64,000 nt of DNA from Mobula hypostoma (Eukaryota): NCBI RefSeq assembly GCF_963921235.1, contig NC_086107.1, forward strand, positions 99,574,001 to 99,638,000, in the 5' to 3' direction. The number at the start of each line of letters is the position of its first letter. The first letter of the stretch is position 1. Position numbers and translations under genes: made by a program. Positions 51,221 to 61,354 of this stretch are shown piece after piece. Below the pieces are notes generated by a model that saw only the letters and a list, made by a program, of their open reading frames with translations, was not told the origin of the DNA and did no database searches.

Positions 51221-51779
51221 GCGCCAAGTTGCTTAATCGTTATAATCATTCAGCAGACTAGGCTCTTCGAGCCACGCCGCCCCGGAAACCCCACAACCCT
51301 GATCACGGGACAATTTATAATGAGTCTTTGAACTGTGAGAGGAAACCGGGGCACCGAGAGGACATCCACGCATTCCACGGGGGAGAGGGGAGAGGGGGCG
51401 CACTCCTCCCGGCGCTGGAACTGAACTTTGAACTCCCCGAGTTGTAATCGCGTCGCTACCGTGGCGTCGCTCCGCTAGGTCTGAATAACGTCCCCTTCCG
51501 AGGGAAAATGTGCCCAGCGACTCCTCAAAGTGCCCCGTGTTTATAGAAGTTCCTTCCTGCGTCTCATTTGGCGTTTCGGGCGGCAAGCTTGTCATTTCTT
51601 TAGCGTTTCGCCCCTCTTTCGAGATGTCAGCTTGACGCTCAACCCAGCACGAGTGGAGCCGGCCGGATTCGAACCCGGGACCTCTTGCTCCGAGGTCCCA
51701 TGCGGATGCCGCTACACAGGCACTGACAGGACTTTGTATAGCTGCAGTCTATACTGTACTGCACTGTATTCTAGACCTT

Positions 51780-52036
51780 GGAGAAATTCCGCTGCAGCTA
51801 AGGCCCTGTCAGTGGACTTCGGGATGAAAGGTCCCGAGTTCGAATCCAGCCGGCTCCCTTGCACGCTGGGTTACGAGCTGGTGATCTCTTTGGAAACTCA
51901 CCCGGCAGAAGGCAATGGGAAACCACTGCTGTAACTTGTCTCGTACGTGATTCCCCACTACGTCGGAGAGGCGTGGAGGGAAATGGTCCGCTAACCGGAG
52001 AACCTCCGGATGCGACGTACCTTTCCTTTTTTAGAA
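51780..52036 (+). mobile_element. tRNA-head SINE with a 12-bp TSD
   Basis: ATTCTAGACCTT at 51768-51779 and 52037-52048; GTTCGAATCC B-box; GAAGGCAATGGGAAACCACT RTE-like motif. Confidence 0.75.
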
Positions 52037-52699
52037 ATTCTAGACCTTAAATCCGCCAATCTATTAACTTTCTCAATAGTTTCTGTATCGGTCTAGAACA
52101 TTTAAATTAACTATGTGGCAGGATCACTTGTTCCTTCAACCCCCAGACCAGTTTCGGGCGGATCACAGATTCCTTTTCACCGAGCTGATGGTCTTCCCGC
52201 AGCAGCTAGAGTCTGTCCCGGTGCGGTCCCTGGACAGCCCAGGGTTCTGTGTGAAGGTGGCGGGTGTGGGGTGTGGGGAGAAGGATCCTGGATGAACCAG
52301 AGCATCTCCCGCTCCGTCCACGGGAGCTGTCCAGCGGGAAGGGGTGGGGGGGGGGTGTTCCTACCACCCGAATGTTTCAGATTGGTGCTGCGCTATCAGG
52401 CGAGACGCGCTCTTGCGTGGGCAATGTACTTGCGGCAACACGACGCTAACGCCACGATAACCAGCTCAACTCTACAGACTGGGCACGCTGCTCACACGCG
52501 GCACCACATAACCGTTCACATCACAGCAACCTGTCCCGAACGCGCCTGTTCACACTCCACACAGAACGCCACACTGTGTAATACCGTGCGTATACACAGT
52601 TCCCAACAGTCGTCCCCATTGGACACACCGTGCGCTCAGTATTGGCAACAGTTAGTCTGCACTGGGTGAACAGACACGTACACAAACACAAGCCAACAG

Positions 52700-53375
52700 T
52701 TTCTCTATCTCTCTCTCCACTCTCTCTCTCCCCCCTCTCTTCTCCCCTTTCTATCTCTCTCTCTAACTCTTCCCTTCCCTCTGTTTCCCTCCCTCCATCT
52801 CTCCCCTTTCCCTCACTCCATCTCGCACCTCTCTCTCTCTTCCTCTCTCCCTCCTTCTCTCCCCTCTCCCTCTCTCTTCTCCCCTTTCTATATATATCTC
52901 CCTTTCTCTCTTCCCCCCTCTCTATCTCTCCCTCTCTTCTCCTCTTACCATCGGATTTCTAAATGAACATGGAACCCATGAGCACCACTTAACTATTTTT
53001 ATTTATGTTTCTGCATTACTTATTTTAACTTATCATTTTAACAGACAGTTATACCTAGTGTAGCTCACTTTTTCTCTAAACTTATTTATCATGTATTGCA
53101 TTGTACTGCTGCCGTAGTGTTAACAAATTTCACGACATATGATGGTGGTATTAATTTTCTCTCTCTCTCTCTCTCTCCTTCCCTCTTTCTCTCCCTCTCT
53201 CCATTTCTCCCTCTCCCCTTCTATGTCTCTCTCTCCATTTCTCCCTCTCCCCTTCTATGTCTCTCTCTCCATTAATCTCTCTCCCTCTCTCCTTCTATCT
53301 CTGTCTCTCTCTCTCCACCTATCTCTATCTCTGTATCGCTCTGTCTCTCTCTCTCCCCCGTCACGCTCACTCTCT
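52700..53375. repeat. Two (CT)-rich polypyrimidine tracts (~52700-52950 and ~53157-53375)
   Basis: Low-complexity CT repeats, directly visible. Confidence 0.9.
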
Positions 53376-55599
53376 CAAACGCACACAGTTCACAGCAGAC
53401 GAAATGCTGGAGGAACTAACTCAGCAGGTCACACAGCGGGATCTATGAAGGGTCTCGTCCCGAAACGACGACTCGTTAATCCTCTCCGTAGAGTTCCTCC
53501 AGGATTTTGCCTGCTGTAATTCCACCATTCGGCACCGGTAACGCGGTAACATGAGAGAAATTCGGAGGGTCTGCAACAAGGAAATACAATAACGGGTAAA
53601 AAAAAAATCGTCGTGATAGTTCGGAGAATCAATTCACGGAGTGTCCAGGATCAGTTTTCCTCAACCAGGGGGTTAAGGAATTGCTAAAAGACTTAAATCG
53701 CGTATCGTGCAGCGAGAGACTTCGTGAATATTCCGACGGTCAGTGGATGTTTAAGGAACTGTTCATAGTTCTTAAAACTTTTGAAAAAACAACTACAAAA
53801 GTTAGTTTTCTCGGGGAGATTGGGAAACTATATTACAACGTAACGGGCAATCGTTAATATTAAATCGTAAATAATTGATACATTTATGACGGCTATTTAA
53901 CAGGCCAGTTGACCGGTGTTTATTGCTCATGAACTGCGTTCCACACTGGGCTGCTTCACTGTAGTTGGACAGAGAAGGCAAAGACGACGGGTTTTCCATC
54001 TTGTTTCCAAATGGTGTAGAAATAAGCCATTTTGACCTGTGAATATTTGCCGACTCACCGAAAAATCTCAGTAGCGCTCCCCCCCCCCCAACTAATTTTC
54101 TGTGTACAGTAATCTATCCCCGGTGGACCTTTATTTAAAGCAACAGTCCGAGGTTATTTTTGCGATTACATTGACAAACTGACCTTCCATCAAATTATGT
54201 TTCAATTGAATCTAAATCCCACACTGACAGATCTGACAGATCTCCGGATTTCTGGGCCAATTCCCTACGTACAAACTTGCCAGCGGTGGTTAGGAACATC
54301 GGAGCAAAGGAAGTGGCAAGGTTCCAAAAAAAAACAAAGCCTGAGCATTTGAAACATTCCGAAATTCAACAGAAGTGGATAAAGTGGAATGCAAGAATCA
54401 ACTCATGTGAAAGGTAAAGGCAGACTGTTTCTCTTTGTTCGAACTAAACACTTGGTTTACTTAATATTTGAGAATAAGAAATTAACGATTCAGGGAGGAA
54501 GACGCGCATATCGCCTAAATATTGTGGAGAACTCCACGTCGAGAGTAACTTGCGCTGAAAGATATTAGTGAAAAAGATAGTTTGGGAGAATTTACTGAGG
54601 TTGAAAATCATTAAATTCACAAAACCTAATGACATGTGTCCAATATTTTGAAAAATGTTGCAATGGGGTTAGATGCATTGGGTCAAATCACCGCGACATG
54701 CCCTCTTACTACCATCGGGGAGAAAGTACAGGAGACTGAAGACTCACACTCAATTATTTAGGGACCACTTCTTCTCATCGGATTGCTGAATTGTCCGTGA
54801 ACACTGCCTCGTTTCCCCCCCCCCCCTAAATTGCACTATTTATTCTGTAATTTATAATCATTTAATGACTTTGCCATGTACTGCTGCCACAAAGCAGCAC
54901 ACTCCCTGTCGTCTTGGACAGTGATAACAATTCTCATCTTCCAAAATTCCGTAGATCCTGGGCTGTTCCCACAGACTGGAAGGTAGCAAACAGAACTCCA
55001 TTAATTGAGATAGAGACAGAGAATAGGTAACTGCAAAACCAGCTAATCCTGCATCTACAGTAAAAACAGAAAATGCTGGAAGCAGCCAACAATTCAGGCA
55101 GCATCTGAGGAAAGGGAAAACGAATAACCTTTTCAGGTCCGATATGTTTCGTCGGACTTCCAGCATCTATAGTTTTTTTTAAATTTCAGCCAGAGATCTG
55201 TAGAGCGGAAAATGCTGGAATCTATCATTAAGGAAGTGGTAATAGGGGCACGGAACATAACGAATGAATAGGACACTTAGAAAACAATAATGACATCAGG
55301 CAGCAGTATGGATTAGTCAAAGGGAAATCACATTTGGTAAACCTGTTGGGAGCTTTTGAGGTTGGAACTAGCAGAATAAATAAGGAGTTTGTATGTTCTC
55401 TCCATAACCGCGTGGGTTCCTTCCGGGTGCTCCGTTTTCCTCCCGCTGTCCAAAGACACACCAGTAGGTAGGTTAATTGTTCATTGCAAATTGTCCCGTG
55501 ATTAGGCTCGGGTTAAATCTGGAGTTGCTGGGCGACGTGGCTCGAAGGGGAAAATGGCCTATTCCACCCTGTATCTCAATAAATATTTTTTTTTTAAAG

Positions 55600-56680
55600 T
55601 TGGATATTCACAAGGCGACATGCAGGAGGTTATTAGCGTGCGAGGTATTGGGTGTAGTTTAATGGTGTGGATAGAGGTTAATAAATAGAAAATGGAGTAA
55701 ACTGGTCGTATTTAAATTGGGAGGGAATGACAACAGGGATCAGTGCTGGAGCCAAGCTGAAGTCCGTGCTGCCCTCTAGTGTTCACTCAGGAAAAGACAA
55801 GCCTTATTGTATTCGACTGCAGACTGTTGTGACATTCATGGACCCAGGGACTTAGATGATTTCTTTTGTGTGTCTGTATTTTTCTGATAGCTTACATGTG
55901 CTACGTGTGCTTTGTGCTGTGTATAACTGTTGGTACTGTGTTTGGCATGTTGACCCCGTAGTAACGCTGTCTCGTTTGGCTGTATTCATGTATGGTTGAA
56001 TGAGAATTGAACTTGAATTGAACCGGATTTGGCTGAGGAAAATCGAGTGTTAATATATCCTAGTTTTTCCAGCAATAAAAAGGCTGGGTGTGGGCTGTGA
56101 AGAGGATGCTGCGAGGCTTCAGAGGGATATGTATTACAAGTTCAGTGTTAGTGAGGACATGACAGGTGGACCATAAAGTGGAAATATATGACAACATCCA
56201 CTTCAGAAAAAAAAATAGAAATCTGAACTTTTTTAATAAGGTGAGAGATAGCATGCATTAGTGTTCAGGAGACCTTGGGTGTCCTTGCAGACTGATCACT
56301 CAAGATTACATGCAAGCATTAGGAAGACAAAAAAAAACCTTAATTACTAAAGGAATTGAGTGCAAAAAGATAGAATTCTTGGTCCCAATTCCATAGCGTT
56401 CTGGTGACCATATCTGAGCAAATTATACAGGTCTGGTCCCCCGACGTGTGGAAGGATAGAGGGAGTGTAGCGAAGATCCACCAGATTGATTTTTTTTAAT
56501 CGATCTGGCGAATCTCTGCTGCACTCCCTCTATTCTTCCCTATGTAGAGAAGGTTTAGAGCAATGAGAGGTGACTGCTGAAAAGTGCAACACTCTTACAG
56601 GGCAAACATGTATTTGTGAGTTCGCAAGGCCAGAGTGTCGCACTTTCAAAATAATGGACCAGCCATTCAGGGGAGCCACT
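55600..56680 (+). mobile_element. Old, interrupted CR1 fragment
   Basis: CAGGGATCAGTGCTGG, GAGGATGCTGCGAGGCTTCAGAGGGATAT and GACCTTGGGTGTCCTTG resemble degenerate CR1 RT segments. Confidence 0.6.
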
Positions 56681-57097
56681 GGGGCTGGATCATTAGAGGG
56701 CACGGAGTCGGATAATTAGAGGGCGCAGGGGCAAGTGATTAGAGAGGATCTGGAACCGAATGATCGGGGGGAGGGGATACTCAGGGTAGGGTAGTCGGAG
56801 GATGCTCAGTCTGGGTAAATGAGAGTACGCAGGCTTGTGGGAGGACATTGTTAGAGCACACCTACTGAGAAGTAAATTCCTGACCGACAGCTAGCGCGGG
56901 GAAATGGGCAAGCGAGCCCTGCGTTCTGTAAGGTCTACACAACCTAAGCACCTCCAGAAACATTCACAACCGTTGAAGCCTGTGGAGAGAGAGCCTGCAG
57001 TCCTACCCACTGAGTACAACTATCACCCGCACAGACATAGCAAAAGTAAACTCGAAGTGTTTCTCTGAGCGGAAAGGTTGCTGAGCAAGCGGCTTAC

Positions 57098-57180
57098 CTG
57101 TAGAGAACCACTTGCCCGAGACCGGGCAGGTCCCCCTCCGCACCTGCCCACACCTTATTTATTGCGTCCCAGTCGACCAT
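57098..57180 (-). CDS. MB: Myoglobin exon 1 (MVDWDAINKVWAGAEGDLPGLGQVVLYR)
   Basis: ATG at 57180-57178, AG|GTAAGC donor in phase 2 (B12.2 intron position); two A-helix Trp residues; joined protein is 149 aa. Confidence 0.95.
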
Positions 57181-57264
57181 TATCCAAACTCCTGGAAATA
57201 CCACTTGTTTCTTGAGAACGATGGCAGAGATGTGCGGAGCAATTGTGGTCACAGTTACAGTGTA

Positions 57265-57375
57265 GACCTCTTATAGTCCGCTGCATTATCTGTCTCCTCC
57301 CCTCGGTCAGTTAATCCTACCCACTCAGCCGTGCCTCCCCCACCCAACCCCCTCCCACAGCCTATTTTGATCTGC
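57265..57375 (-). promoter_or_regulatory. Myoglobin proximal promoter
   Basis: CTATAAGAG TATA box (57268-57276), ~90 bp upstream of the ATG; AGATAA GATA site (57286-57291); CCCCCACCC CCAC-like box (57337-57345); TCAAAATAG A/T (MEF2-like) element (57362-57370). Confidence 0.65.
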
Positions 57376-58674
57376 ATTTTAGGATGGGTGGAGGGATTCT
57401 GGCCAATCCTTAACCGTGTGTAACATCTACAGACGGCTGGTGAGCTTCCAGGATCTGGCCCCTTGGCTTTATCTCTCTCTCCCTGTGACTTTCTGTTTGA
57501 CATTTACTTTCACCAGGCACAGGACTTTCGGTGAACAAAGGGCTGAGCTAGAACTCAAGTGAAAGTTTAGACCTCTGGACTGAGGGCTGGAAATGAGATG
57601 TCCTGAGAGAGTTCTCAGTAACTGCTCTCTGTGTGAACTGCTTGAATAGGTTTTTTGTCTTATCATTGGCTTGCTCCGCTTTGATGTTGGAATTATTAAT
57701 GAGAAGACTCAGGTGCCTGACTTTAGTCAGTCCCAGGGAACTGTCCGTCTTATTGGCTTATTGTGAGAGCAAAACAAAAGGGCTGGTTAAACCACCCAGG
57801 CGACAGGCAGGGGACGTGAGCACTGCCACACACTACAAGTGGGGAAATGTGGGCAAAGTAAGAGAGTTGTTCAACCATCCAGGTATCAGGCACGGAGCCG
57901 GATCACCGCCGTGGAGGGGAAGCAAATTAGGGATTGCATCTATTAGCCTCCTTTTCCCTAAACTCCGGGCATCCGTGTTGACGGGCAAGAAGACACCAGT
58001 GGAGATTAGTTGTGATGCTGAAAAGGGGCAGCAAATGAGTGTAAAGAGAGCTCCCTTTGCAACAGGAGACTTGATAAAGCGAATGTCCTTGGGCAAAGCC
58101 CTCCCAGCATTCCCTTTCAACTCTGCCACCTCTACCCACCTGTGAGGACTGTTAGAGTCACAAGGCAGATTTTCTCCCCCCTCCCCTACCAAAATATAAT
58201 TTATTCATAGTATCCACAGTTAAATACAATATGCCCGTTCGCTGTACTGTCATCATCATAATGTTCCGTGTCGTATGTCATCGGCAATCGTGATTGTTCT
58301 TGGAAAAAATTCGATGCACTCCCCTTTAATGTCAGTAATGTTTGGGATGTCGCACTGGTGAGATGGCCGGGAGACTGTTGCCCCCTGGACCCAGCCCCTC
58401 ATTATCCAGTGACGGCCGGACCCTCGCCTGTGGCCCTTCCCTAGAGAGCCGTCGTGATGGATGCGCCGAGCGTCAGGGCAGTTGCCGATCAGTTTATTAT
58501 TGTCAGGGGTACTGAAATAGAGTGAATAACTTTCTCTGGCGTGCTGGCCAAATGTAAATAAGTCGAGGCAGTACAGTACAAGGTCATTGAGACTGAGAGG
58601 TCAGGGGTTTATCTGTATCATTATAGAACATGTCTCTCGGTATATACTCCCGTGTCTTGGAATTGCCACTTGCC

Positions 58675-58775
58675 CAGTCCCGATGAAGGGTCACCACCTG
58701 AAACGTCAACTGTTTATTCCCTTCCACAGATGCTGCCCGACCTGCTGAGTTCCTCCAGCATTTTGTGTGTGTTGC
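58675..58775 (+). mobile_element. PLE-family 3' end fragment with a degenerate hammerhead
   Basis: CAGTC-CCGATGA-AGGGTCACCACCT-GAAA-CGTC-AACTG, then AGATGCTGC...GAGTTCCTCCAGCATTTTGTGTGTGTTGC. Confidence 0.7.
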
Positions 58776-59548
58776 CATGTTGGGAGGGAAGGGTCAGATT
58801 GACCTTTTGGAGTAGGTTAAAAGGACAGCACAACATCGTGGGCCGAAGGGCCCTGCGCTGTTCAATGTCCTTTGCTCTGTGTGTGTGTGTGAAAGGCCTT
58901 CTCCTGGTTCACACCTCGGTGCGTCCCTCAGCCTGGAACGTGTCGGTCAGCGGCGTCCCCTTTACAGACATCCCCCGGTGCTGGGATCTCGTACAGACAT
59001 CCCCCTGTGCTGGGATCTCGTCAGCTTGCGGGAAGGCCAAAGGCCGTCTTTCACCAAGCTGATACTTTCCAGCAGCACTTGATGTCTGTCTCGCTGTAAA
59101 GCCCAAACCCCGGGAGTCCTCTGTCACACAACTGCAGGGGATAGACCTGGACAGGGACCAGCGCCTCCTTTCTTGGTAAGTGCACTGTCCACTGTCTCCT
59201 CCTTCTAGAGGGATAATATTTCCTGAGCTGTGGGTCTCTGGAGACACCTGGACGTCACTGTGACACATTCCGCGCACCCGAAGCCCCCGGTGCGGGAGAG
59301 GCCGGGCCGTTTAAGCCCCTGTCTCGCAGGACCGGAGCTCAGCACCCCCACTCCAGCGCCGGTGCGGCAAACTGTGGAGGGCAGCGGGGAAGTAACGCCG
59401 TGCAGAACGGGAGGGGCAGCACCGCAAAGCAGCGCAGCTCGAGTGCAAACCGCAAGGATCGCAGGGCTGAGAGAGGTCGGAGGCGAAGGAACACCGACAC
59501 CCAGGAATGCATCAGGGAGGGAGCGCAACAGTAAGGCAGGGGGAGCAA

Positions 59549-59866
59549 GGGGAACACGGGAGTGACGGGACAATCCAGGGGAACACGGGAGTGATGGGAT
59601 AATACAGGGGGAACACGGAAGTGATGGGATAATACAGGGGGAACACGGAAGTGATGGGACAGTACAAGGAAACACGGGAGTGATGGGACAGTACAAGGGG
59701 AACACGGGAGTGACGGGACAGTCCAGGGGAACACGGGAGTGATGGGATAATACAGGGGGAACACGGGAGTGATGGGACAGTACAGGGGGAACACCGCAGT
59801 GATGGGACATTACAGGGGGAACACCGGAGTGATGGGACAGTCCAGGGGAACATAGAAGTGATGGGA
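59549..59866. repeat. 30-31 bp G-rich minisatellite (~10 copies)
   Basis: Unit approximately GGGGGAACACGGGAGTGATGGGACAGTACA. Confidence 0.92.
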
Positions 59867-61354
59867 GCAGTGAATTACAGGATTCCTGCAGTATGAATAT
59901 ATACTATTCTGCCCATCGAGTCCAAGTTAGCTGTTGGTGGTGCTGACTTTAGAGTGTTAATATTTTAGGCCCTGTTGACAGCTGAGCAGTCACATTTGTC
60001 TCTGGCTTTTGGCAAACGAAATGGTCGTCGTTGCCAGTTGTGGGATCTTGCTGTGTGTTTCTCCGTTTATTCTCAGTACACGAGACCACAGCGTAGGGGC
60101 AGCGATGCTTTGGGAGAATCTGGATAACAGCGAGTCGGCTCCCCCCTACTTTAGGACGCACGAGGAGGAAACATTTCGCTCTCCAAGCCCTTTAAATGCA
60201 TTGCAAGCATTTACTATTGCTGGAGATATGAATAAGCTGTAAATAAGCTCACAAACAAGGGTGAAGAATAAAGAGAGGAACGTTTGCACTGCGCTGTTCG
60301 GCTGCATGCCCTTGACAATAAACTTGAACTTGGAAAGAACTCACTGGCATTAACTCTTCTTATAGAATTAGCTGCTCGCTCCGGATCCCGGCCCTGAACG
60401 CCCTTGTACTATTCCTCTCCGAAAACTTCTGCTGAATCTGCATAGCTAGCACTTTTAGAGCTGCTGGTTATAAATCAGTGAGTGAAGCCTTATCATCTCC
60501 CTCCAATTCTTTACCAAGTTGTCCTCATCTGAACGCTTGCCTTCCTTCCAGTACAAACACTTCCCTGTCCGAACCTCTCCTTGATTTTGGACAGTGTGAT
60601 AACCCCAGGGGGTGGGGTGAAGGAGGTGGGGAGGGGTATTGCCCATCGTAGAGGGCTGCTTGGCCCCGGTTCCCCCTGCCCCCCAGAGAAGCAAGCTGAG
60701 CTCGTGACTTGTCTTACTACCCGAGCCAAAGTCCATGACACACACACAGGTCACATTGGAATGTGTAACATTCCCAGAACGAAGCTCTTCAAAACAGTGG
60801 TCCAAAAATTCTTGTGCGGGCATTAACGTTCCCAACACCAGCTCCTGCGGACAGGAGCAGCAAAAGTCTCTTGACAAATGTTATGTCATCACTGGTGCAA
60901 CAAATTCCAATCTATATTTAGGCCACCCTTGACACATCATGATGAGGGTGGACGGACCGGGCTCCAGGATCATTGTCCTTGCCCTGTCTGAGGACATCCT
61001 GGAGCAACGTACAGCCAGTGGCGGGTGTAGGTGTCCACAATGACTGATAATCAAGCAGATTTGCAGTCGCAGGAGAGTAGTACCACACTTCCTTCTCACC
61101 ACCTCCCTCCTGGCACTCCTTCAGCTGTGCCAGCTGAGAGTGAAGCACTCTCCCAGGTCTGCACTTCCAAAGCGTGGCACTGCTGCCCATGCCCCCTCCT
61201 GCCACTGCCTTGCACCGATCCTCACTGACTTACCCTGATCTACATTGACGCAACTAGTCTTGCCTACACTCGTCCACGTCGACCTACAAGAGTCTTCAAC
61301 AACAGCAGTCGAGAACTACCCTGGACTAATTGGTTTACATGGGATCTACATTAA

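Noticed and set aside
46737..57277. Identical 11-mer CCTCTTATAGT at the solo-LTR TATA box and the MB TATA box
   Set aside because: No similarity beyond the TATA context; treated as convergence or chance.
57633..58192. 170-aa and 119-aa overlapping ORFs upstream of MB
   Set aside because: No recognisable domain and no splice-consistent structure.
59205..59853. Long Pro/Cys-rich minus-strand ORFs
   Set aside because: They are translations of the 30-31 bp minisatellite and adjacent GC-rich DNA.
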